From IMG/VR virus record IMGVR_UViG_3300026302_000005, positions 32,001 to 96,000 of that record: a DNA stretch of 64,000 nt. One strand, written 5' to 3'. Position numbers and translations under genes: made by a program. The notes beneath the pieces were generated by a model, which was not told the DNA's origin, searched no databases, and saw only the letters and a list, made by a program, of their open reading frames with translations. Of the stretch, positions 19,938 through 29,374 are shown piece by piece. Positions within the stretch are counted from its first letter, which is position 1; each line of letters starts with the position of its first letter. This DNA comes from a virus. Taxonomy: Duplodnaviria; Heunggongvirae; Uroviricota; Caudoviricetes.

Positions 19938-22900
19938 ATACCAACGATCCTACCCGGATTTCTTCATCCGTAAAGAACGGAACGATCTCGATATCCGATG
20001 GGTTGGCACAGGACAGGAACAGTTCATCCGGTTCCGCACGAACCTGGAACATACGTCCGAATGCCTGATCGTTGTTCCGGGGGACGATAACCATCGATTG
20101 TAGCTCCGGAGCAAGCTGGGCGTGGACGAACGCTACCAGTTCGGTGAAGTAGAACTTCTCTCCAAACTCCCAACGAGTGACGTCGAAATACGACCGAATC
20201 GTATTCAACACCCGCAGTTTGAGATCGGATTCCGATAGTCTCGACCCGGGTGATTGGATGATCTTGAATACCGACTGTAGTTCAGGAACCGCCTGGTTTC
20301 CAAACAGCAACTTGTAGCGGGCCGGGTAGTAGATCACGGAGTCGCTGATCGGGGTGTATTCCTCGAAGTCCGCATACAGCAGCCGTAGCTGATCCGAGGT
20401 TTCTTCTTTCGGGCGATCCTCTGCGGTCCCGTTTTGGTTCACCCATGCACGGAATGCCGCATCATAACCCGAGGTCAGAATGAACACGTTCATGATGTTG
20501 GATTTGCTCGGATCGATACGGTTGGCATCGGGTGCATAATGGGTCCAGATGAACCGCAGGTGATCACGACCGATCAGTGCTCGGTATGCAGACTGATCCG
20601 GTGCCAGAATCCAGGTCTCGGTGATCGCATCAGCGATCAGCCAGGTCTTGGTGAACGTATCGTAGTGGATCGATCCGTCGGCAACCAACGCATCATCGTA
20701 GGCATCACCCACGGTGATTGATCCACCAGAAGAGCTTCCATAGGTCCCAGTCGGGTTGGTTGTCTTGTTGATCGGGTCCCAAACGCTGAATCCGAACTCC
20801 TGGATTTTGCGCCACAGAACCAGATCGGTGCGGCCATCCTGAATTACCAGGTCTTTGAAGATGAACGGTGCATCATACACACCATCACTATCTCCATCAA
20901 CCGGTGTGATGGCCAGACCATTCTTGTTGACATAACCATCAGCATGGCGGATCACATCATACGGAGTGAAATCCACCAGTTCCCCGATGAACGATACCAG
21001 ACAAGATTCAATCGTCAACGGTGGTAGAGGATCGGGCTGTGTGTTCACGACCACCGAAGCATCAGTTTCACAATCAACACCGATTGAGCCTGCTATGTAG
21101 AAGACAGAGACGACGGTCCCGGATGGTGGTGGCGTGGTGAAGAACAATTGGTTGCCACCCGTGATGGTCCATTCACGGACACCCGATGGGGCCCATGGAC
21201 CGTTCTGCAATACTCCGTCGATGAACACCATAAGTCCGGGTGCAGTCGATGGGATCGAAGCGTTGTTGGCCAGTGTGAACGTGTTGGTAGTGCCATTCGC
21301 GTTGAACTGGTAGGTGTTACTTCTGGTTTGATCCGGATTGATGACCCAGATGAATCGAATCCGCGTGTTGACAGGTGGGACCGTGGTAAACGTGATGGTG
21401 CTCGATGTAGTTCCACCAACAACCGTATACTTGGTCCGGGACTGAGTAACCCCGTCGATTGAAATCAACAGAGTGTCACGACTCTGGTTTGGAGCCGGGA
21501 TCGTGTAAGTCGTGGTAGTGCCATTCGAGATGACATTACGACGGCCCAGCACTTCGTTGTCGATCCCATGAAGGAAGTAGGAAACCCCAAAGACCCCAGA
21601 CGGCAATGGTGTGTTGAACACTAGGCTACTGGTTGCAGTGGCTCCAGACATAAACGTGGAGATACCATAGTCCAGGTTTCCGAACTGCTGAATGCCGTCG
21701 ATGAACGTGATGACGTTCCCGATGTGAACACCATCCACACCCATATTCCATTCTTCGGTGGTTCCGTTGCCAGCTACCCGTAGAACGGTTTGCTCAGCAT
21801 TCACAAAGTTGGAGGCGAAATAGATGGCGATCTGTGCTCCCGGTGCTGGTGCAGTCACAAAGCAGACCTCATAACCCCCGATATCCGGAACGATTGTGTA
21901 ATCAACACCATTGATCTGGAGGACGTCGTTGATCAGAACAACCGTATGGGCTGGGTCGAGTGGGATTTCACTCGTTTGGAAGCACGTTTCCAATCCATCA
22001 CCTTCGAAGTCATACGCGGACAGATCACAGGAGCCCTGCCCGAGGCCACTCAGACCACGGCGGCGAAGGCTGTCTCGTGCCTCATTGGACTCCAACAGGA
22101 CAATGCTGTCACGAGCAGTCCGACCGGTTTCCGGATCAATCACTGGATCGTTGTTAGAGAAGATGAAATCGATCTCACGTGCCGACTCGAAGAAGAGACT
22201 GCGACCACGATCTGTGATGGTCCAGATATCGTTCGGGCTGTTCGGGGTGAACTCAAACAGGATCATCCAGGATGCATCCAATCCGGTTCCGGTCGTCGAT
22301 CCCTGGTTAGCCAGCGAGAACCCAGAGTTTCGGTCGATGTTATCGGAATTGATGAAGTCCCAAGTCTGGGTTGACAGATTCCAACTCATGGCGAAATCCA
22401 ACCGCTGTTCAATGCGGTTCTCCAACTCGATCTCTTCGGTCGTGGTGAAGCGATTTCGTAGGGCTGGGAACACACTGAACAGTGCAGTCCCGGTCGATGC
22501 TGTATCCTTGAGAATGATGCCGCTTGGGGCAGTCCCGGTTTCGATCACACGATCCACGGCGACCACTTGACCCAATGGACCGGTGAATCGGATCAGCGAG
22601 TCGGTGTCCACATAAACGAGTGGTTGTGGGGCCGTATTACCAACGGTCTGGGGCAGACCGGATAGCACGATGTTACCCTGGGATTGACCACCCACCTCGA
22701 CTGTCTGCGACCACGTATAGGGTGAGGTTAGGACGATCTCGGAGTAGGTGTTGAAATACAGAATCCGTTTATCTTCCTGACGAATGATCGGGCGAACGAC
22801 TTCGTTGATCAGGGACTCAACCGACAGGACATCGGGGTCGGCACTATAGATGTTGACGGTCTGGGTGGAATCCTGATACAACCGTCCATCTTCGGCCACG

Positions 22901-24333
22901 TGCTTGACGTTCTGATACAAACCGGTCGGATCGGTCAAGCGGGAATATCGTGATTGTCCGGAGAAGCTACGGTTGATCGTCTTGACCTTCTGGACTGAGT
23001 TGTCCTTGAGGTAGAAGTTGTTGTAGTCTTGTGCCGTAACCATTCGGTTCTGCGTATAGAAGACTTTGCCAACCCGAGTGCGGATGTCGAAGTTTGATTC
23101 CGATGCAACGCCGTTGGAGACCGTGGACTCCAACGAATAGGTCATGGTTAACTGATAGCCTTCTCCACCATCGACATAGGGGATCGACAGCGATTGGTTC
23201 TGGATCGCGGTGGGCTTGATCTGGGTGGGGTTGGCATTGGCGGTGCGATACCAGAACCGGAACCGACCGACCGGCATACGACCGAATGAGCCATCCCCGA
23301 AGCGAACACGCACTGTGTCGTTGTTCAGAGTATCGAGTTCATAGACGTTTTGCACCGATCCATAGAGGGTGTTGAAGCTGACACCCTCACCAAATGTCGT
23401 ATCGACCTGGGTCCAGTCCGCGATGATGTCTCCATTAGCATCAATCTGCTGGACAAAGAAATCGTCGTTGTTGATGTTGAACACATTCAACGATAGGGTC
23501 TGAACTGGCACCGGGGCCGCGAAGGATTGATCCAGGAACGACAGGTTTCCCTGTTTGAATGGAAGGAAGAATCCGGTTCGGCTTGAACCAAATCCCCGAC
23601 CATCCAGGAAGTAGAAGATGTTGAAGGCGTTCTCCGGATTGGGAGACACTTCTTCCACGACACCAGTATCCTGGTTCAGACGACCATTGTAGATATCGAA
23701 GGGGAGACGCTGACCATTGACCGTGGCGGAGAATCGATAAGCACCACTGGTCGGTGCCGCACTGTTGAAGACGTATTGATCCACCCGGTTTCCGTCCGAG
23801 GTCTCCGATACCAGAGGGAACCCATACTTGGTGCGGGTGATGAATGATGCATTCAGGATCAGAATGAACCGCTCGAACCAGTCTTCGTCCCGTGGGTCGT
23901 TCCAGATGATCGTTTTGTTCCGGAGGTTGACGCCGTTGGAATCGACGATGTTCTGATTGGTTCTGATTGTTTTGAGTTTCAGGAAACCGGTGGCAGATCG
24001 AACTCGATTGACCCGATATCCGATGTTCTGGGCAAGACGGATCAGACTATCGCGACGTTCAGCAGTTGCCAAGAAGTTCTCGCGACTGTTCAGATCAACT
24101 CGGAACGCGATGTTCTGAGACAACCACGCCAAGATTTCAACCTTGGCAACAAACTCGGAAGATGCTACCCAGTCGTTGAACTGCTCCCCGTAGTTGGAGC
24201 GAAGATACTGAAACATGGCCTGAATGAGGTTGTCAAAGTCATATGCCCGGAAATCGACGTTCTCCAGTGCTTCATAGATTCGGAACCAATCCTCGGCTAC
24301 GAACAGGGTATTTTGCCGTGTCAGTGTGGACAT
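19936..24333 (-). CDS. Baseplate wedge subunit (T4 gp6-like) with inserted repeat modules
   Basis: YDFDNL...ENFLATAERRDSLIRLA..IGY; VRFGDGSFG; ES..DIR....YTQNRMVTAQDY; follows the gp25-like gene. Confidence 0.9.
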   Translation of the reverse strand: MSTLTRQNTLFVAEDWFRIYEALENVDFRAYDFDNLIQAMFQYLRSNYGEQFNDWVASSEFVAKVEILAWLSQNIAFRVDLNSRENFLATAERRDSLIRLAQNIGYRVNRVRSATGFLKLKTIRTNQNIVDSNGVNLRNKTIIWNDPRDEDWFERFILILNASFITRTKYGFPLVSETSDGNRVDQYVFNSAAPTSGAYRFSATVNGQRLPFDIYNGRLNQDTGVVEEVSPNPENAFNIFYFLDGRGFGSSRTGFFLPFKQGNLSFLDQSFAAPVPVQTLSLNVFNINNDDFFVQQIDANGDIIADWTQVDTTFGEGVSFNTLYGSVQNVYELDTLNNDTVRVRFGDGSFGRMPVGRFRFWYRTANANPTQIKPTAIQNQSLSIPYVDGGEGYQLTMTYSLESTVSNGVASESNFDIRTRVGKVFYTQNRMVTAQDYNNFYLKDNSVQKVKTINRSFSGQSRYSRLTDPTGLYQNVKHVAEDGRLYQDSTQTVNIYSADPDVLSVESLINEVVRPIIRQEDKRILYFNTYSEIVLTSPYTWSQTVEVGGQSQGNIVLSGLPQTVGNTAPQPLVYVDTDSLIRFTGPLGQVVAVDRVIETGTAPSGIILKDTASTGTALFSVFPALRNRFTTTEEIELENRIEQRLDFAMSWNLSTQTWDFINSDNIDRNSGFSLANQGSTTGTGLDASWMILFEFTPNSPNDIWTITDRGRSLFFESAREIDFIFSNNDPVIDPETGRTARDSIVLLESNEARDSLRRRGLSGLGQGSCDLSAYDFEGDGLETCFQTSEIPLDPAHTVVLINDVLQINGVDYTIVPDIGGYEVCFVTAPAPGAQIAIYFASNFVNAEQTVLRVAGNGTTEEWNMGVDGVHIGNVITFIDGIQQFGNLDYGISTFMSGATATSSLVFNTPLPSGVFGVSYFLHGIDNEVLGRRNVISNGTTTTYTIPAPNQSRDTLLISIDGVTQSRTKYTVVGGTTSSTITFTTVPPVNTRIRFIWVINPDQTRSNTYQFNANGTTNTFTLANNASIPSTAPGLMVFIDGVLQNGPWAPSGVREWTITGGNQLFFTTPPPSGTVVSVFYIAGSIGVDCETDASVVVNTQPDPLPPLTIESCLVSFIGELVDFTPYDVIRHADGYVNKNGLAITPVDGDSDGVYDAPFIFKDLVIQDGRTDLVLWRKIQEFGFSVWDPINKTTNPTGTYGSSSGGSITVGDAYDDALVADGSIHYDTFTKTWLIADAITETWILAPDQSAYRALIGRDHLRFIWTHYAPDANRIDPSKSNIMNVFILTSGYDAAFRAWVNQNGTAEDRPKEETSDQLRLLYADFEEYTPISDSVIYYPARYKLLFGNQAVPELQSVFKIIQSPGSRLSESDLKLRVLNTIRSYFDVTRWEFGEKFYFTELVAFVHAQLAPELQSMVIVPRNNDQAFGRMFQVRAEPDELFLSCANPSDIEIVPFFTDEEIRVGSLV

Positions 24334-24354
24334 CGTATCTCTCCAAATTGCCGA

Positions 24355-24729
24355 TCAGGCAAGCGAACTGCTAAAGGTGACTGTGAACCAATCATCCATG
24401 TCGTATTTGACTGCCTGTAGCCGGATGGCCAAGGAAATCTCATGTGCGTCCAACGACACGTTCGTGACAATCTCCAGAAGTTTCACTCTGGGGTCTTGCC
24501 CGATGATCCGCTGTGCATCCTGAATGACCAGTGATTCGGTTCGAGGGTCACCGAGGTCGAACAAGAGGTCCCAGATGATGGAACCGAAGGTCGGACGAGC
24601 CACCCGTTCACCGATCCTGGTGTTGAAGTGGTTCAGAAGGTCCTGCTTCACCAACTCAAGATCAAACAGAGCAGTATCAATGCCCTGATTCGCTACGCTT
24701 GAAAAACCTCGATAAATGGGCTCAGACAT
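24355..24729 (-). CDS. Baseplate wedge subunit (gp25-like)
   Basis: LVKQDLLNHFNTRIGERVARPTFGSIIWDLLFD...DPRV. Confidence 0.9.
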   Translation of the reverse strand: MSEPIYRGFSSVANQGIDTALFDLELVKQDLLNHFNTRIGERVARPTFGSIIWDLLFDLGDPRTESLVIQDAQRIIGQDPRVKLLEIVTNVSLDAHEISLAIRLQAVKYDMDDWFTVTFSSSLA

Positions 24730-24845
24730 GGACTACCTCTTCATACCGATATTTATGGTATGGTTTGTCCATTGAAAACGTAGATCGGAAAGCACAAATA
24801 GGAATAGCTCTACCCCCACATACCTCCAGCCAATGGAACACCCAC

Positions 24846-25751
24846 ATGCACGATACCCCAAGCTTCGTCAAAACCATGCATCCGCTGCTGACACGAGAGG
24901 CGGAACTGGTGCTGTTCGATCAGTGGCAGGCTGCTAGGACAGCGGGTGACCGTAGGACGGAAAACAAGCTCTTCCAACAGATCGCCATCCAATACAGCCC
25001 CATCGTGAAGAAGCTGGTGAAGAAGATGCGAGGCTACGGCCTGGATCAGTCCGAGATGATGAGCGAGGCACTACTGGCACTCACCAGGGCGGCTATCGAT
25101 TTCGAACCCGACAAAGGTTTCCGTTTCGGCACCTATGCAAGCTCTTGCATCATCAATTCACTGTTCACGTTCGTGACGAAGAACTTCTTCATCGTCAATG
25201 TATGCTCGAACAGCACCAACAAACGGGTGTTTTTCAGTCTGCGTCGGATCATGATGGAGCAAATTCGGACCACTGGTCATGCAGAACTGTCTCACGATCT
25301 CGCCGTATCGATCTCAGAGAGTATGGGAGTCGATCTGGAGACGATCAAGATCATGGGTAGTCTCCTACGGGACCCGTATTCCAGTTTGAACCAACTGGTT
25401 GGTGATGAGTCCGATGACGAGGGTTCGACGACCAGACAGGACATGCTGCTTTCGACCGAGCCGTCCCAGGATGATCAAATTGCCGAACGGGAACTTATCG
25501 CATTGCAGCATAAACTGGTGCAAGAAGCATTGGGGTCGTTGGATCATCGATCCAGCACAATTGTGCAGGCTCAGGTCCTGACACCCGAGGGCGAGCGAAT
25601 CACCCTGGAGGAGTTGGGCGAGCAGTTCAACATCTCGAAAGAGCGAGCCCGTCAGATTCGGGATGCTGGCCTCGAACGGATCAAATCGCACATCACCAAA
25701 TCTCTTGATGCCAAGCGGTTCACGATCAAAGATGTGCTTCCGGTGGATTAA
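24846..25751 (+). CDS. Sigma-70 family RNA polymerase sigma factor, RpoH (sigma32)-like
   Basis: Region 1.2 LLTREAE; region 2 GYGL...FEPDKGFRFGTYA; RpoH-box-like NKRVFFSLRR; region 4 TLEELGEQFNISKERARQI. Confidence 0.85.
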   Translation: MHDTPSFVKTMHPLLTREAELVLFDQWQAARTAGDRRTENKLFQQIAIQYSPIVKKLVKKMRGYGLDQSEMMSEALLALTRAAIDFEPDKGFRFGTYASSCIINSLFTFVTKNFFIVNVCSNSTNKRVFFSLRRIMMEQIRTTGHAELSHDLAVSISESMGVDLETIKIMGSLLRDPYSSLNQLVGDESDDEGSTTRQDMLLSTEPSQDDQIAERELIALQHKLVQEALGSLDHRSSTIVQAQVLTPEGERITLEELGEQFNISKERARQIRDAGLERIKSHITKSLDAKRFTIKDVLPVD

Positions 25752-28700
25752 GCCCCCCGGAAGCCATACTGTTGCAGGATATCACGGCAGTAGGCATTAC
25801 CACCGTTGTAGGTCCACGTGACACGGCTACCAGGCCGGTTATCAGCATGGATCGTATTGGTCCCCACACCCATTCCGGTGACACCATTTGCGGCCAGCCT
25901 ATCGACAAACGCCCGCTTCTGTGCCACAGTCAGATCACCGATGTGGATATCCAACGCACGACCATACAGGTGCTGAGAGTTCTTGGCACCATCGGCGGCT
26001 GCGTTTGAAGTAGGTGAGCGATATCCACTGTTGAAGCCAAGCTGGGTGATACCGGCCTGGGATGCAGATGCTTCAACAATACCTTTGATCGCACCCACGT
26101 TGGTGAAGTCCGGAGACCGCGATCCCGGCACCCAGTTGATCGGGCCACCCGGAACGATTTCAGGTCCGGGGTTCTGACCAGCATTGGCCGAGCATGCGCC
26201 TTGGAAGTATGGCAGTCGAGCCCCGATTTTCTTCTGCAAAATGGCATAGACCTCAGCATAGGTCTTACTGGTTCCAAAGATCGGACGGTTGGCCCGTGCC
26301 GAAGCCGCAAAGTTCGGATTATCTGCCGGGATACCATTGGGGTTAGATTGTAGTTGCTTCAAGAAACCAATTGCTCCAGCCGAATCATTTCCAGCACCCA
26401 GGAAGTGAGCCAGATACATATCGGTGGCATCGATGTTGGTGATACCACGAGAGACCATGAGGTTGTAGTTGTCCGTAGCGAACTGGGCACCAGCATTGGC
26501 ATTTCGAACTGGGTCATAGACGTTCGATCCCGGCCCACGATCCGTGCTGAGTCCATACTGAGCACCGGTTGCCTTGATGAACTGGAATAGACCAGCAGCA
26601 GAAGAGGTTCCAGCCTTGGCGGTCGGGTTGAACCCGGATTCCTGGGCACAGATCGTCAACAAATACCCATCCGGCAACTGTGGCCCCAGTGTGTTCTGTG
26701 CATTACAGATGGCATTGAACACAACCACATCGATGTTAAACCCGGCCACACTGACCGTCTGTCCACTCGGGGAATACGTAAGGTTCCCACCAACAATACC
26801 ATCACTGTCCGGGATGTTACCGAATTCGGCGACTTCCGTTCGGCGGCGATCCAGAACCGAACAATCCACGGCACCACCGACGTGGGCGAACTTATACATT
26901 GCGTTCTGAACCACATCGAAATTGCCCTGCTGGAGGCCAGTAATGATGCTCAGACCCTCAGGAGTGCCGAGGATGTTCTCGATCCCAACGTTATGAGCGA
27001 AGCTGATCAGTGCATCGAACTGGCCCTGTGTGACCTCCACATCCGGCAAGATACTCTTGACCCAGGTTTCTACCTGAGCAATTTCACTCTTCAAATAGTT
27101 CTCAGCTTCTTCAAGGGCAATCTCGATGTTGTTCTCGAAGTTGCTGCTGAACGATTTGATCTTGCCGAGTAGTTCGGTGCCCATTTCCAGGCCACCGATT
27201 ATATCGCCGACTTGTAGACGCTTACCAAATCCGACCACGTATTCCTGCTGTAGCGGGTCCAGTCGGGGGGTTCGCATGAACGATGATCGTGATTTGATGT
27301 AGTTTACGACGTCAGTCGATGCGGTCATCAAATCAGGAACATGCGTAGTCAGGGGGTTTGCCAGTCGAAGGGATCGATACGTCGGGGCTTCACCCAGAGC
27401 GGGGGATGAGAACGACGATCCACCACCAAAGATCGGTAGTGCCCCCAGGAATGAAGAGAAACCACCAATGACGGAGTTTGCAATCGATGATCCGGGGAAA
27501 CCAGCACCAGTTCGAATGTTCGATGTGATGTCGGATCGGTTACAGGTGTTGTTGGCAGATACCGGAATGGGGGCACCCTGGATGGGTTGGGGGGTAACAC
27601 GGCCATTGGTGCCAGCCGTGCTTCCATATCCACATCGATTGTTCCACGGCTGGTGCTGAGGAACCACCGGAGCAACGCTATCCTGGAATTCTGGTGACCC
27701 GTTTCCATAGATTTGATCTGTGGTCGGAGCCCCAGCCGTCTTTTTGAACGGCGGCATGATGGGAACAGCGGCAACGGCAGCATAGCCATAATCATTCGAT
27801 GTCAGGGTTGGCACGGTTGTTACGCCACCGGGTGGGTTGAGGTTGATGGTAGAACCACCCACGTTCACATCACCAGTCGCAGCCAGATTGACCGCACCGG
27901 CACCGGTGATATCTGCATCCCCACCCGCACCGATCAATAGACTTCCACCAGAACTCAAACTGGTCGTATCGGCAGAAGCCATTCGAAGTTCACCACGGGA
28001 GTCCAGTTCGATGTCGCCGCCAGCCTGGGTTCGAATGCTGGAATTGGATGTTGTGATGATGGCCCCATTGACCGTTTTCAATTCCCGGCCACCAACCCGA
28101 AGGTCCAGATCATTGGTCCAGGTAACCCTGGCATTCCCACCAGTTTGGAAATCGTAATCTCCCTCGACACCGATGATCATATCCCCCTTGTAGGCGGTTT
28201 GTGTGAAACCATCGACGGCCATCGAGTAGTCCCCACCAACCCGTTGGTTGATCGATCCTTTTACATCCAGGTTATAGTTGCCATCAACTGTGAGGTTGTA
28301 GTCCCCCTGGGAGTGCAGGTGAATACCACCACTGGCATAGATCGCAATGTTGCCAGAGTCGGCGACTTCGATCCATGCATTACCGGTCTGAGTGGCGATG
28401 TAGATGAACGGGGTTGAACAAGCATCGTTCATGGTGATCTGAGCACCTGATGAGGTTCGCAAGCGGATCGCTTGGTGATCGGGGTGATCATCCATAACGA
28501 AGTTATGCCCAGTCGAGTTCACATGATAGACGTCGGCAATACGATCCTCGAATGCTCGACCATCGGTATCTCGGTTACGGCGTTCGCTATCGTAGGACCA
28601 TCCTGCGGATTTCAAACCCGTGAGATAGGATGGAGATTCACGCTTTGAACTTGCTAGACCGGCACCCCGTGCCATATCCCCAACCAGGCCAGCACGAGTG

Positions 28701-29374
28701 ATGTTCCGCATCAAGTCGGTGGCGGTAGTTTGGTCAGCAGCCAATGGGTCGTCAGCAGTCCCAGAACGGTCCATAGCGGGCAAGCTGCCATACGGGGGGA
28801 CTTCCCCCTGCAAGCTGGTCGCATTGCGGGTGCTGGCCATCTCTGCGGTGATACCAGGGGTCCCTGGGACCATACTGGTGCGGTTCTTCTTCGGAACCAT
28901 CCCGATCCAATATCCGGAGTTGGCATCACCAGCAGCAAACATAACGGCCACGAAGTCCCCAACCCGTGGCTGGAAGAACATGCCATATGAGTTGACATCA
29001 CCCTGAACAGAGTTCCGTCCATCTGGAGCCGCAGCATTTCGGAAGTCATCAGCACCAAAGAATGGGGTCACCGGTGATACCAATAGCCACCCCAGTCGTA
29101 GCCGCTGGTCAAACGTCAGCCCGCTTGATGCAGACTGATCAGGGGTAGTGCCCCCGTAAATGGGGTTACTGTTCTCATCGAACCGCTTGACGCTGACTTC
29201 GGGGATGTAAACCCATACTCGACCCATACGCTGTTCATCCTGGTCATCCATGACCTGACCAACGTAGAATCCAGGAAGTTGATCCTGAGGGTTAACCTTC
29301 GGGCGACCACCGGCCCATGTGTCACGAGATAGACGGCCAATGCCATCGGAAATACTTGGAGATTTACGCATCAT
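25748..29374 (-). CDS. Baseplate hub/cell-puncturing protein (gp5/VgrG-like) with lysozyme-like, SLT-like and peptidase M15 domains
   Basis: N-terminal OB fold (DEQRMGRVWVYIP, PRVGDFVAV); GHNFVMDD..IRLRT and beta-helix repeats; TQGQFDALISFAHNVG; QESGFNP..SSAAGLFQF; SGYRSP..N..SQHLYGRALDI..IHAD. Confidence 0.85.
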   Translation of the reverse strand: MMRKSPSISDGIGRLSRDTWAGGRPKVNPQDQLPGFYVGQVMDDQDEQRMGRVWVYIPEVSVKRFDENSNPIYGGTTPDQSASSGLTFDQRLRLGWLLVSPVTPFFGADDFRNAAAPDGRNSVQGDVNSYGMFFQPRVGDFVAVMFAAGDANSGYWIGMVPKKNRTSMVPGTPGITAEMASTRNATSLQGEVPPYGSLPAMDRSGTADDPLAADQTTATDLMRNITRAGLVGDMARGAGLASSKRESPSYLTGLKSAGWSYDSERRNRDTDGRAFEDRIADVYHVNSTGHNFVMDDHPDHQAIRLRTSSGAQITMNDACSTPFIYIATQTGNAWIEVADSGNIAIYASGGIHLHSQGDYNLTVDGNYNLDVKGSINQRVGGDYSMAVDGFTQTAYKGDMIIGVEGDYDFQTGGNARVTWTNDLDLRVGGRELKTVNGAIITTSNSSIRTQAGGDIELDSRGELRMASADTTSLSSGGSLLIGAGGDADITGAGAVNLAATGDVNVGGSTINLNPPGGVTTVPTLTSNDYGYAAVAAVPIMPPFKKTAGAPTTDQIYGNGSPEFQDSVAPVVPQHQPWNNRCGYGSTAGTNGRVTPQPIQGAPIPVSANNTCNRSDITSNIRTGAGFPGSSIANSVIGGFSSFLGALPIFGGGSSFSSPALGEAPTYRSLRLANPLTTHVPDLMTASTDVVNYIKSRSSFMRTPRLDPLQQEYVVGFGKRLQVGDIIGGLEMGTELLGKIKSFSSNFENNIEIALEEAENYLKSEIAQVETWVKSILPDVEVTQGQFDALISFAHNVGIENILGTPEGLSIITGLQQGNFDVVQNAMYKFAHVGGAVDCSVLDRRRTEVAEFGNIPDSDGIVGGNLTYSPSGQTVSVAGFNIDVVVFNAICNAQNTLGPQLPDGYLLTICAQESGFNPTAKAGTSSAAGLFQFIKATGAQYGLSTDRGPGSNVYDPVRNANAGAQFATDNYNLMVSRGITNIDATDMYLAHFLGAGNDSAGAIGFLKQLQSNPNGIPADNPNFAASARANRPIFGTSKTYAEVYAILQKKIGARLPYFQGACSANAGQNPGPEIVPGGPINWVPGSRSPDFTNVGAIKGIVEASASQAGITQLGFNSGYRSPTSNAAADGAKNSQHLYGRALDIHIGDLTVAQKRAFVDRLAANGVTGMGVGTNTIHADNRPGSRVTWTYNGGNAYCRDILQQYGFRGA

